Below, piece by piece: positions 21,064 to 32,400 of a stretch of DNA of 64,000 nt; position 1 is the first letter of the stretch, and each line of letters opens with the position of its first letter. The stretch is from NCBI GenBank assembly GCA_964354805.1, contig CAYHBD010000035.1:22829-86828 (forward strand), written 5' to 3'. Made by a program: the position numbers and the translations under genes. Below the pieces are notes generated by a model. The model saw only the letters and a program-made list of their open reading frames with translations. It was not told the origin of the DNA and searched no databases. The stretch comes from an uncultured archaeon. Lineage in GTDB: Archaea > Iainarchaeota > Iainarchaeia > Iainarchaeales > GCA-2688035.

Positions 21064-24000
21064 ATGGGCGCGATGGATGGATTGCGGAATGCTTACTTTG
21101 CGTTGGAAGACAAATACTATGGCTTAATTGACTGGCTTGGCAGCAAAGGAATCCCGTTGAACAGGGTTGTTGACGCAATTGAAAAGCACAACATCCCATC
21201 CTTCCCGATAATGCTTATTTTGCTGATTCTGATCATTGCAGGCCTGTTCTTCCTGCTAAGCGGCGCAATTGCGCCCCAGGCAACTTTCTCCATTATTGTA
21301 AAAGAGGCTGACACAGGGCTTGGTGTTGAAAGCGCTGACATAACGCTAATCGATGCAGCAGGCGCAAAGCACAATAAGGCAACAGGGGCAGACGGAAAGG
21401 CAACAATAAGCGCTGCTGCCGGTGAAGCAAGCGTTTCTGTTGAAAAAACAGGCTTCACAAAATTTGACGGAAAAATAACAGTGGCGGAGGCAAAAGAAGA
21501 AACAGTCGAACTGGAAAAAGAAACAACAACATTGACAAAAACAATCCAGCTGATGAAAGCAGGCACAAACGAGCTGATTGACAAAACTGTATCGATAAGG
21601 TTCAGCTGCAGCAGCCCGGCAGCAAGCGATTTCAGTGCAACAGAAGAGAGCGTTAACGGGGAAATTGAATTGCAGATTCCAAGCAACTGCGGAAATCTTT
21701 TGGCAACACCTGTAGCAGGCTATACAGCAGTGAACGGCACAATTGATGCAAGCGCCACCGCACCGCAGCTTTTTTTGCAGGCAATTGCGTTAAACAGCGG
21801 CACAATAAGGGTTAATGTAAAGGATGCAAGCAATGCAGCCCTGAGCGGGCTTACTGTAATGGCTTACACAGAGGATGCAGTGCTTTCAGGCACAACATAC
21901 AGCAGCGCAGCCGGAACGGCATTGTTTGAAAACATTGAAACAGGCACTTATTACATTCTGGTGCACGACAGCCAGGGCAGGTACGCTGACTTTGACAGCA
22001 GCCAGCTTGGCACAGCAGGATTGAAGGAATTGCAGAAAGATGGAACAATAACATTTGATGCGGTGCTGCAGCTGGCAAGCGTTGGGAAAATAAAGATGGT
22101 TGTAAAGGATGCAGGCAGCAAAGAGGGGGTTGAAAATGCGGCAATTTATTTGAAGAAAAACAATGCAACAATTGACACTGTTTACACTGATGCAGGCGGT
22201 GCAGCTGAATTCAATGTAACGGAAAACGTTGCTTATTCGCTGGAAGTGGATGCAGCAGGCTATTTGATTGCAACAGTAAGCAATGTAACATCAGCCGCAA
22301 CAGCGAAAGAGATTTTCCTGCAGGCAGCGACAGCTGACAACACGCAGACACTTATTGTGGAAGTGGTTGATTCAAGGCAAAAGCCGATTGACAATGTAAG
22401 GCTGTTGCTGAAAAAGCCGGATGGGACAATTTATGCAAACGACAAGGTAACAGGAGCAGACGGAAAAGCAGAATTCACCAATCTGCCGCTCGGCACTTAT
22501 TATATTTATGCAGCAAAAAAGGGCTTTGAGGGAAAAACAAGCGACCCATTCACAATAAAGGCAAGGCAGGAAAACAAGCTGACGGTGGAATTGCCAATAG
22601 GCTGGGGCAGCGTGGAAATAAGCGTTTTAAGCGATGAAGCAACAGCAGTCCAGGGGGCAATAGTTGAAGCAATTAATGCGGTAACAGGCGAAAAAGAGGG
22701 CGAGGGAATAACAGGCCTGGATGGAAAATACACATTCAGTTTAAGGGCGGACAAAAAAGTTTACTTTAAAATTGACGCAGCGGACTTTTTGCCTTATTAC
22801 AGCATTGCCGTAATGTCTGATCCCAACAGCACTTTGGCGGTTGATGTTGCTTTGGCAAAAGACCCTGGGCAGCTGCAGGTGAAAGTAATCGGATTTTTTA
22901 AGGACGGCGAAAAGGCGCCGGAAAACCTTGAGCTTGGCCCAGGGCAGAAATACACAGCAAAGCTTCTCCTGCTGGTTGCAAAAAAAGAAAAATTTGATGA
23001 GGCAGGAATCCATTTCAGGACAGGCGAAGCGCTTGAGGAAAAAACAAACATAATGGAAGAGGACGCGGTTTTCATAAAAGAAGTGAGTGCATCAACGGCA
23101 AATGTTTTAAGGGGAACAAGCTTTACACCGCCAACAGGCTATGCGATTGATGCAGGATATTTGACAACAGGCGACAGCAAATGGCTGAACATTGTCTGGA
23201 AAAACGCCGGGCCGGGAGCATATGCAGCAGAAGTTGAGGTGCAGGTAAAGGAAAGTGCCGCACTCGGCCAAATGCTGCCAATGTGGTACAGGGCATGGGG
23301 AAAAGCGGCAACATTCTCGCGCTTTCCGGCTGACAGCGCTTTAGCAGGCAGCGAAAGCACTGCAGAAAAGCAGGCATTGTATGCAAAAGCGAACAGCATT
23401 AAAGCATCTGTAGGACCGACCAATTTGTGCAATGACGCTTTCTGCAAGACATTCAGCATTGAGGATATGGCAAAAAACATCAGATTGAGCGTAGTGCAGC
23501 AGTACAATGCAACAATCGGCGGCGGCTATAAATTATTCTATACAATCAGCAGCATAAGCGAGCAGGCTTTCACTAATTGCACAATAGAATTCGGCAGCCA
23601 GGCAGATGGCGTGCGCTTCGGCAACTACAGCATAACTGATGCTGCAGGAGTGAAAAGCAGCGGCAATGCAAACGGATATGGCATTTCAAACCCGATCGGA
23701 AACATGCAGAAGGACAGCGTAATTTTCGGCTCTGTTGAATTCAAGGCTGAAAAGGAAGGCAGCAATATTCTGACAATTGTAATCAAATCAAACAACCAGC
23801 CTGTTTTAAGCGAAAGCATTGATGTAAAAGTTGCGGCGGCAGCCGAACTGCAGCTTGACCTGATTCCAAAAGAAATAATTCCTTTGATCGACAACCAGCT
23901 GCTTGTGAAAGCAAGCGACAGCAACGGGCAGGGCGTAAGCAACGCGATTGTAAGCATTTATCTGAATGACACATTGCTCACAGCAACGGAAAGCAATGGC

Positions 24001-27000
24001 CAGGGCATTGTGGAATACAAATTGGAAGCGCCTGCAACAGGCAGTACATTGTTGATAAAGGCGGAGAAAACAGGCTACAGGAAAGCACTACTTTCTACAA
24101 CAATAGATTCAAGCATTTTAATTGTCACACCGCCAAGCATAAGCGAAAAACTTGATGCATTGCTGAACAGCGTTGAAAAAGAATTATTGTTAAGCAACCA
24201 GACTATTGCAGAACTGACAATAACAAAACTAAAATTCAATTTCGGTGAACAGCAACTGGTTAAATTCACTTGGGACGACGAGTATATTGGCCAAAAAATA
24301 AAATCAAACAATGATTTGAACGCATACCTTTCAATTGCATTAACAGAAAAAGGAATGGCTGTGGAAAAGCCGGTGAAGCTTGAGGGCAGCCTTGCAATCC
24401 ACCTGAAAAGCGGTTCAACTGCAGCCAGCTTTGTGCAAAACTTGCCAATAACAATAAGAATAGGCTTAGGCGGCGAAGTGGACGACTTGAAATGCCTGCA
24501 GATTGATCCAGTCAAATGGGAAATAATTGCCGATTCTGAAACAAAGCAAAGCATGGAATTCACTTTAACAAACAAATGCGTGGTGCAGGGAGAAGCAATT
24601 GCACTGCACGCACTGCAGGCAAAAATCACGGAAACAAAAGAATCAGGGCTTGGAACTTTCACCATAAGCAGCGAAGCACTGCCTGATGCAAAAACACCCA
24701 CGCTGGGCAGCAGCGGCTTCAGCGACTTTGCAGACATACTTCCAAAAGAATTCGAGGGAACAATAAAAATAGAATTTTCCCCAAACAGGTCGGTTGACTC
24801 AGGCACGGCAAAGCTCAGCATTGAATTCAAGGCAATTAACTCAGCGGAAAAAGGCGAGGAGGCAATCCAGTTAAAGCTTCCGACAGAAGTCCATGTAAGC
24901 AGCTTAAGCAAATGCGTTGTTGTTGAAGCAGAAACACCAATCCTGGTTGAAACAGTCCCATTCAACCAAGGCTACGGCTTGTACAGCGGAGGCACATCAG
25001 GCTACAATCCGCTGATGAACCAAGGCATGGGCGGATACTTGGGAAGCAGCTACGGCGGAATGGGCGGATATGGTGGCACTGGATACGGCGGCGTGGGCGG
25101 ATACGGAAGCACAGGATATGGAAGCACTGGCTACGGCAGCTACGGAACAAGTGCAGGCTATGGTGCAGGCGGCTACTTGGGAGGCAGCACTTTCCCAAAT
25201 GCAGGGTTTGATACATCATACTACAGCAGATACTATGACCAGGCGCAGGACAACAGCTGGCGCTATGGCCTTGGAGAAAGCAGCTTCCTGGTGAAAAACA
25301 CCTGCAGCAATGCGGTTGAAATTGACCTGGATGTTCCGGCAATGCTGAGGGCTGACAAAGACGCATTCAGCCTTGAGCCCAACACTGACAAGACAGTGAA
25401 ATTGGAGGCAGGCTACAGGATGGGAAAATACACTATTGATGTGTCGGCAAAACTGCAGGGCAGCGAGGACAAGGCGCAGAAAATTGACTCTGTTGATGTT
25501 CTTGTAAGAAGGTCAGGCGAAATAGACGATGAATGCATACAATTAAGCACTGACCAAATTAGCTTAAGCAGCTTCATTGCAAAGCCAATTCCTGCAAAAA
25601 TATTCAATTATTGTTATGACGTGGGCATAAGATTGCCAAAAGCAGGCAAAGTAATTGACTTTACCTGCCAGGTTCCGGGCCAGCCGGTAAACGTATTCAA
25701 TTTCGCGCCAGCAAGTGAAGAGCAAGGCAAAGTGATTCAGCTACAGCAATTCCCTGACATAATGACACAGCCATCAGGCTTCATCAACCAGGCGCCGATT
25801 GGAACAGCAATCAGCCCAACAACAGGCCAGCCTTATTCGCCGAACGAGCAAATGCTTCCAAACGGAACATACGGGACATCTTATTACCAGCAAGGCTTGG
25901 CAGGCCAAGGCTACTCCTATCCATACAGCCAATACCCTTACGGCAGCAGCGGATGGGCTTATCCACAAACATACGGTTATGGCGGAAGCTGTCCATTGAT
26001 CCAAGATGTTTACTTTGTCAGCGAGCACACATCTGCTTTGGATGAGGAAACAGGCAGGACATTGCAGACAGTTGAATTTGAAGTAAGCCCAAACATTGAA
26101 TACAGGAAACAGATATGCCAGTATGCTGCACAAATGCCGTTTGAAACAAGTTATGGCTTGAGGGCAACAGCAAGCAGTGCTTATAACAGGGCAAATGTAA
26201 GGGCATCTGCCTCTGTCCACTACTACAATCAATTCGGAGGCTCTGACATAAAATACTTCAGGGTTGTCCTGAATGACCAGTGGGGCTATGGCGAAACAAT
26301 TGATGAATGCCTGAGGCAGGCTGGAAAGGTTGGGATTCCAGGAGAATTGCTTGCAAAATGCAAGGAGAGGGGCAGTGCCACTTTGAAAGACCCGAAAGAC
26401 TGCGTTAATTCAAGCGCACTTGATTTGGTTTCCTATTTCAGCGGCAATAACGGCTTTGTTGAACAAAGCCTATTCGGCGGAGGCAGTGTTGCTCAATTCA
26501 CTCCGTCAAGAGACGTGCTTGTCATTCCGCCATGCGGAGGCCAGGACAGCGTTGAAATCGTTAATGCTTCTTACACTGATCCCAAAAGCAATGTTACCCT
26601 TTACTTCAAGGCAATTCCCAATGATTGCCCGCCTGGAACGCCATTGGAGAAAAGCAATTGGAGCATTGCAGTAACAATTGACAAAACCAACATGTACAAT
26701 GTGCAGTGCGCAAAGATTGACACAGCGATTAGGGTAAACCTGAAGAGGCCAACGCAGTGGGCAAAGCCGGTAGAGGTAATGCTGCCGGTAAAAGCTATGG
26801 TGCTGCACCCAGGAGAGAAAGCAAGTGAAGTCAATCTAGCAACCTGCACTACTGCAGTGCCTGTTGTAACGCCAACAGTTATAACAGCATGCACAGGAGG
26901 CAGCGAAACAGGCAGCGGTGTATTCACAAAATACGGCTTTGACAGGCTGCTGTTCAACTGGGGCTGGAGCGGCATTGAGAAACAGCAATGTGATGAAAAA

Positions 27001-29154
27001 GACAAAGGCGGAAAAGACACCTTCTGCGATGCTGTCCAGTTTAGCATTGAGCTGAACAGGAAGGCAATTGACATTAAAGACTTTTTTGCTAACAGAGTTA
27101 AATTTGAGACAGCAAACAAAGAGAACATTAAAGCTGCCTTGTGCGAGGAAGGCGCTGCTGACAGCTGTTTGGATATGTACAGAAACTCAAAGGAATTGTT
27201 CAGGTGGGTGAAGAAGCAGGTTGTGGTAAAAGACAATGTTGACGCGCAAGCCCAAAATTGGGTGAACGAAGATGCTTCCATTGCAAACGTGTTCTTTTTG
27301 AAGGCAGACAATGAAATTTTGGAAAGCGAAAACAAAGAAAGCATTAAAGCAAAACTTAGCGGAGTTAAACCCTCAACAGATGCTGGCGTTACGACCGATA
27401 ATATGGCTATAATTGTGGAGAAAACAAACGATGCCCTTAATTCAATTACTGATGAAATTGACCAAAGAAGAATAGTTGCGCTTATTAAAAAGGAGTTCGC
27501 TGAAAAGCCGGAATACGCCGGAAATATTGAAATGATGAAAATAGAAAAACCAACGCAAGCAACCGGCGCGCTGTTTAACAAGTATGTTATGACATTTAGG
27601 GAGTACAAGGTATTGCACCAGAAGCTGTGGGATGCCCTCAGAGGCGAAAGCCCTACTGATCATTGCTATAAAGATGAAGCGAAAACACAAGTGATTGCAA
27701 AAGGCGACGAACAAGGCAGGAAAGAGGCAAAAATTTGCGTAATCGGAACAAGAGATGTAAACCTCAATTTCGTAAAAGATTTGGTTAGTGGAATTGATAA
27801 GTTTGTTGTAGGTACGATTCACTTAGCAGACGAAAAAAAGAAAGACAGCGTTGACTTCGTGATTAAAAACGCAGCGGACATCGCTGGTTTGCAGTGGCCA
27901 ACAGGTTACAGCAGCTTCGCTGATTTCTACAACAAGGCAATCAGCTTCAAATCATTCCTGATAAAGGACGGCTACAGCCCGGATTTGCGCTCAGACTTTG
28001 TGCAATACTATAAGGACACGCTAAAGGTTGATGAAGCAGGGCGCTTCCTTGACCACACGGCTTTCGGCAATGAAACACAGTGGGCATTCGGCAAAAGCAG
28101 CAAACAAGAGTCATCTTACCTCCTGCCGGAAGCAGGCCTGTACAATGTTTTAATAAATTACGTTTTCGCTGAAAATACGGAAACGCCTTGGAATATTGCG
28201 CTTGATTTGAACAAGAGTCTGAAGCAACTGGATGAATTGTCAAAAGACCCAAACAAGACTGCCCTTGCCAGCAATTTCTTCTTTGAGATGCCGTTTGACG
28301 GGGAAGTCGGCAGCGCTGGCACTGATAACACAAGAACAGGCTATGGAATCGCCTTTTCAAACAGCCCGGACCAGGCACAGATGTATTTGACTTTCAATTC
28401 AGAGCAGGATAAAATGAATTTGTTCAACAGCAAAGGCGGCATTTTGCCACTTACAGTTGATTTCGGCAACACGCTTGACAAAACAAATACTGGTCTGATT
28501 TTGCAGGCAAACAGCAAGGCATTCAATTACAATCCATCTGCTGCAACCCCAATAGAGATTGGGTTAAGCCCGAGAACAGGAACAGGCATTGAAGGAATGC
28601 TGTATAAAATAGTGGAAGACGGCACAGAATTGGGCACCCCTGCTTCAGTGTTTTCATTCAGGGCACAGGGCTTGAATGACTTCGCTGACAACCAGCCTTA
28701 TCCGCTTGCAACAGCAAGAAACCTGTGCTATGAAATTGACAGGGCAGACATGCAGGGATTCCAGCAGCAAATTGCAAACAAAACAACCTTCAAGGGAATT
28801 GCATTTGTTCCGTTCGGAAAAGAGTATGTAATGCGCTTCTATTGCAGCCAGGGAGCAGCGACTGTAAAGTCGGAAAACAATGATGGAGAAACAATAATTG
28901 TTGACGCAGGGTTCAGGAATGGACAGCTGGCTGTCACGCTAAACAGACCAAGTGCAACAAATACAAATAAAGTAACTTTGCCAAGCTTCCTTGACGAAAT
29001 CAATAAAAGCAATGTGTGCGTTAAAACAACCGACGCAGGCATTGAACTGCGCTGGAACAATGACAAAATGCTTGGGGCAGCGCAAACTGCGGCAGCACCA
29101 ACACCGCCAGCTGGTACACCACCAGGCGGGTCGCCAAGCGGGGCAAGAAGGTAA
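21064..29154 (+). CDS. Giant membrane-anchored surface protein, paralog 2 (~2700 aa)
   Basis: Start set by alignment with paralog N-termini (MGAMDGLRNAYFALEDKYY; ORF track start 21013). Same scaffold motifs (YRAWG, IGLGGEVDD..C, FCDAVQFSI, FLIKDGY, PFDG); Gly/Tyr-rich inserts. Confidence 0.9.
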   Translation: MGAMDGLRNAYFALEDKYYGLIDWLGSKGIPLNRVVDAIEKHNIPSFPIMLILLILIIAGLFFLLSGAIAPQATFSIIVKEADTGLGVESADITLIDAAGAKHNKATGADGKATISAAAGEASVSVEKTGFTKFDGKITVAEAKEETVELEKETTTLTKTIQLMKAGTNELIDKTVSIRFSCSSPAASDFSATEESVNGEIELQIPSNCGNLLATPVAGYTAVNGTIDASATAPQLFLQAIALNSGTIRVNVKDASNAALSGLTVMAYTEDAVLSGTTYSSAAGTALFENIETGTYYILVHDSQGRYADFDSSQLGTAGLKELQKDGTITFDAVLQLASVGKIKMVVKDAGSKEGVENAAIYLKKNNATIDTVYTDAGGAAEFNVTENVAYSLEVDAAGYLIATVSNVTSAATAKEIFLQAATADNTQTLIVEVVDSRQKPIDNVRLLLKKPDGTIYANDKVTGADGKAEFTNLPLGTYYIYAAKKGFEGKTSDPFTIKARQENKLTVELPIGWGSVEISVLSDEATAVQGAIVEAINAVTGEKEGEGITGLDGKYTFSLRADKKVYFKIDAADFLPYYSIAVMSDPNSTLAVDVALAKDPGQLQVKVIGFFKDGEKAPENLELGPGQKYTAKLLLLVAKKEKFDEAGIHFRTGEALEEKTNIMEEDAVFIKEVSASTANVLRGTSFTPPTGYAIDAGYLTTGDSKWLNIVWKNAGPGAYAAEVEVQVKESAALGQMLPMWYRAWGKAATFSRFPADSALAGSESTAEKQALYAKANSIKASVGPTNLCNDAFCKTFSIEDMAKNIRLSVVQQYNATIGGGYKLFYTISSISEQAFTNCTIEFGSQADGVRFGNYSITDAAGVKSSGNANGYGISNPIGNMQKDSVIFGSVEFKAEKEGSNILTIVIKSNNQPVLSESIDVKVAAAAELQLDLIPKEIIPLIDNQLLVKASDSNGQGVSNAIVSIYLNDTLLTATESNGQGIVEYKLEAPATGSTLLIKAEKTGYRKALLSTTIDSSILIVTPPSISEKLDALLNSVEKELLLSNQTIAELTITKLKFNFGEQQLVKFTWDDEYIGQKIKSNNDLNAYLSIALTEKGMAVEKPVKLEGSLAIHLKSGSTAASFVQNLPITIRIGLGGEVDDLKCLQIDPVKWEIIADSETKQSMEFTLTNKCVVQGEAIALHALQAKITETKESGLGTFTISSEALPDAKTPTLGSSGFSDFADILPKEFEGTIKIEFSPNRSVDSGTAKLSIEFKAINSAEKGEEAIQLKLPTEVHVSSLSKCVVVEAETPILVETVPFNQGYGLYSGGTSGYNPLMNQGMGGYLGSSYGGMGGYGGTGYGGVGGYGSTGYGSTGYGSYGTSAGYGAGGYLGGSTFPNAGFDTSYYSRYYDQAQDNSWRYGLGESSFLVKNTCSNAVEIDLDVPAMLRADKDAFSLEPNTDKTVKLEAGYRMGKYTIDVSAKLQGSEDKAQKIDSVDVLVRRSGEIDDECIQLSTDQISLSSFIAKPIPAKIFNYCYDVGIRLPKAGKVIDFTCQVPGQPVNVFNFAPASEEQGKVIQLQQFPDIMTQPSGFINQAPIGTAISPTTGQPYSPNEQMLPNGTYGTSYYQQGLAGQGYSYPYSQYPYGSSGWAYPQTYGYGGSCPLIQDVYFVSEHTSALDEETGRTLQTVEFEVSPNIEYRKQICQYAAQMPFETSYGLRATASSAYNRANVRASASVHYYNQFGGSDIKYFRVVLNDQWGYGETIDECLRQAGKVGIPGELLAKCKERGSATLKDPKDCVNSSALDLVSYFSGNNGFVEQSLFGGGSVAQFTPSRDVLVIPPCGGQDSVEIVNASYTDPKSNVTLYFKAIPNDCPPGTPLEKSNWSIAVTIDKTNMYNVQCAKIDTAIRVNLKRPTQWAKPVEVMLPVKAMVLHPGEKASEVNLATCTTAVPVVTPTVITACTGGSETGSGVFTKYGFDRLLFNWGWSGIEKQQCDEKDKGGKDTFCDAVQFSIELNRKAIDIKDFFANRVKFETANKENIKAALCEEGAADSCLDMYRNSKELFRWVKKQVVVKDNVDAQAQNWVNEDASIANVFFLKADNEILESENKESIKAKLSGVKPSTDAGVTTDNMAIIVEKTNDALNSITDEIDQRRIVALIKKEFAEKPEYAGNIEMMKIEKPTQATGALFNKYVMTFREYKVLHQKLWDALRGESPTDHCYKDEAKTQVIAKGDEQGRKEAKICVIGTRDVNLNFVKDLVSGIDKFVVGTIHLADEKKKDSVDFVIKNAADIAGLQWPTGYSSFADFYNKAISFKSFLIKDGYSPDLRSDFVQYYKDTLKVDEAGRFLDHTAFGNETQWAFGKSSKQESSYLLPEAGLYNVLINYVFAENTETPWNIALDLNKSLKQLDELSKDPNKTALASNFFFEMPFDGEVGSAGTDNTRTGYGIAFSNSPDQAQMYLTFNSEQDKMNLFNSKGGILPLTVDFGNTLDKTNTGLILQANSKAFNYNPSAATPIEIGLSPRTGTGIEGMLYKIVEDGTELGTPASVFSFRAQGLNDFADNQPYPLATARNLCYEIDRADMQGFQQQIANKTTFKGIAFVPFGKEYVMRFYCSQGAATVKSENNDGETIIVDAGFRNGQLAVTLNRPSATNTNKVTLPSFLDEINKSNVCVKTTDAGIELRWNNDKMLGAAQTAAAPTPPAGTPPGGSPSGARR

Positions 29155-29218
29155 TCGACTTTTTTATTCCATAATTTTTTGTTTTTCCATTAATTCTAAT
29201 TTTTTCAGGCTTATTGCA

Positions 29219-29330
29219 AAGCCTTTTGCACTACGGTGCAAAAGCCTTGGGAAAAGAGTTTTGCTCCGCAAAACAAAGCCTTTTTTGCTGTTACAAAGCC
29301 TTTTTGCCCAGCAAAAAGGCTGGGGAAAAG
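29219..29330. repeat. Cluster of palindromic elements
   Basis: AAGC-CTTTTGCAC/TACG/GTGCAAAAG-CCTTGGGAAAAG; GTTTTGC/TCC/GCAAAAC; AGCCTTTTTGC/CCA/GCAAAAAGGCT-GGGGAAAAG. Confidence 0.85.
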
Positions 29331-29478
29331 CATTAATATAGCAATAAATATTATTAATAGCAAAAAATGCTGCTTTGCATAATTTATGCCTGGAACAGCA
29401 TAATTTAATAACACCGAAAAATATAATTAATTAATGAGACATAATTAATACGGCAAATTACTGGAAAAGGGAATCGCT

Positions 29479-32400
29479 ATGGCGCTGGAAGGATTGAAAA
29501 ACGCTTATTTCAAGGCAGAAGACAAATGGTATGCTGCAACTGAAAGAATAGGCTTAAGCGGCCTTGTTGACAGGATTGACAAGGTGGTGCCCAGCTTTGC
29601 CCTGTTTTTGTTTATTGTTGTTGTGCTGTTGATTGCCGGATTTTTCATGCTGCCTGGCATTATGCCAAGCGGCGCTGTTTTTTCATTCAAGGCTATTGAC
29701 GAGGATGGTGCTGCAATAAGCAATGTCACAGTCACTGTTTTAGCTGCTGACGGAACGCAGCTTGCAAGCGAAAAAACAGGCCCCAGCGGTGAAACAAAGC
29801 AGATAACGCTGCCAATTGGAAAAGAGATTGAAATAAAAGCAGAGAAAGAAGGATGGCAGCAATTCAAAAAAACCATCACTGTAAGCACGTCAATGCTGCC
29901 ATACGAAATTACGCTGGCATCAGCCGAAGAGGTAACATACACTATTTCCTTAAAAGACAGCCTGGGCCAGCCGGTAAGAGAGGCTGTTACATTAACATTC
30001 CAATGCAGGAACAGCGCAATACAGCCCTGGAGCGAAACAGTGTCAAGCGGCAGCACAACAGTGACAGAGCCAGCAAACTGCAATGGTCTGGTTGCAAGCG
30101 TTACAAGCAGCAACTTTCAGCCTGTTGAATCAGTGAGCATAACACAGCAAAACCAGAGCATTTTCCTGCTGGCTATAACAGGGGACAAGGCAACAATAAA
30201 TGTTGAACTGCTTTTCAACGGCCAGATGGTAAGCGAGGCTGTAAGTGTTCATTTGTTTAAAGACAATGGGACAGATGCAGGCATTGGTCCTGTTGAAACA
30301 GCAGTTAGCGAAAACGGCAGGGCCGTGTTTTTGGCTGATGCTGGAAAATACTTTGTCAAAAGCAGCAGCTATGGCAGCTTTGCCGCAACAAAATCGCAGG
30401 CTTTTACAATTGCAGCTGGAGGGCAGCAGACAGTGCAATTGCCATTGCAAAAAAACATTGTTGGCACAATCAGGCTGAGCATAATTGATGAAAAAACAGG
30501 CAAAGCTGTTGGCGATGCAACGGTCTTCCTCAGGCTTGGCAGCGAGGAAATTGACTCAAAGGAAACAAGCCTGGACAACAATGCATTGGTCGAGTTTCCG
30601 GTTACGCAAGACACAACTTATACGGCTGTAGTTGACCACGGCAAATACTGCCTTAAAGTTTTGAATGATGTGAAAATTGAAGGAATCACAAGGCAGGTGA
30701 AATTGAAGCCGTTTACAGCAGAATGCGGCGGCACCTTAAAGGTAAAGGTCCTTGACCAGGATGGAAGGCTTGTCAAGGGGGCAACAGTTGGATTGTATAC
30801 AGAAGAGGGCTTCAGCGCTGGTTTTACAACAAAAACAACTGATTTGAACGGAATTGCCTCTTTTGAAAGAGTGCCAAGCGGAACTTATAAGGCGTTTGCA
30901 TTCAAGGGAACAGTTGGCAACTGGAGCGAGCCTGCCAATTTCGTCCAAAGAACAGCCGAGAAAACAATCCTTACAGTTGTTTTAAACGTTGCAAACGGAA
31001 CACTTAGCGTAAAGGTTGTTGACGATGAGGGAACGCCGCTGCAATTCGCGCATGTTACTTTTGTTGACGCAATAACAAACGAGCCGACCTGTGATAAATT
31101 AAAAGAGCCGACCTGCACAGGGACAATGATTGTTGAAGACATAAACGGCATAGTTGAACTGGCTACAAGGGCTGACAAAAAAGTTTACATTGTTGCAACC
31201 AAAGACGGCTATGCAAACTTTACCTCAATCGCGAAACCGGTGCTGCCTGAAGGAACGCAGCAATTTACAGCCATTCTGCCCAAAAAAATAATCCAGGGAG
31301 AAGTGCAGATAGAGTTGAAGGGAATTTTTAAGAACGGCAAGAGCATAAGCGTGCTTGCCCCAGGCGAAAAATACGATGCCCTGTTCAATGTAAGGATTCC
31401 GGCAAACAAAGGATATGACAGAATTGGAATGCATGTAAGGACAGGCACCCACAATGCAATGGAACTGGACAAAATCGTTTTAAAAGAAATAAATGTGGGC
31501 GGCAAAACCGCAATTATTATGGCAACAACATACAGCCAAACAGAAGGCTATGCCATTGACAGCCAGCATTTGAGCACGGACGAAGGAAAATGGGCAAACA
31601 TTGAATGGCTTGAAAACACCACCGGTATAATTGAGGTTGCCGCAACAGTAAGGGTGAAGGAAACAGCAACAAGCGAAGACGAATTGCTGCTTTTTTACAG
31701 AACATGGGGCATTGCCAACAGCGCATACAAAAGAGACCCGCTTGACAATGATTTGGGCGAAGCCGAAAGCATTGCAGGAAAAGACGCTTTGTATGCAAAC
31801 GCAAAGCAAAACACTTTCCAGGTCGGGGCGGAAAGCCAGTGCGATGAATTGTTCTGCTTCAGCGCAAACATCCTAGATGTTGCGGAAAACTTGACAACAA
31901 GCGCAACAGATTCATTCAATGCAAAGGCATTCAAGGCATACAAGCTTGGCTTTACTGTTTTAAACAACAGCAAGCACGAAACAGACACATACATTGATGC
32001 TGAGTTAAAGATAGCAAACGAGGATGAAATGCTGCTCATGCAGGACTACAAAATTTACGGCGCCCAAAGCCAGATGGTTGAAGGCATGACAGAAGGCGCT
32101 TCCACTGAATGGGTTGAGGTCGGAAATATTCAGCTTAACAACACGGTTAACGGAACCTTGAACTTCACGCCGCAAAAATCAGGCAGCGCGCTGCTGTCAG
32201 TCCAGATAAGAAGCGGAAACATGATTAGGTTTGACAAAAAAATTGCAATAAACATTGCGGCGGAAAAAGAAATGAACGTTGTCATTGCGCCTGAAACCCT
32301 GCCGAGCGGAATGGAAACAGACTTGACAGTTACGGCAAAAGACAAGAAAACAGGCGCTGAAATAAATGAAGCCCTGGTAAAAGTCAAGGACAGGTTTGGC

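Noticed and set aside
21054-21066. 13-nt match AGTGGATAGCATG to the tRNA-Arg D-arm (59304-59316) right after the repeat
   Set aside because: Short, and the order relative to the repeat is opposite to that in the tRNA; cannot be distinguished from chance.
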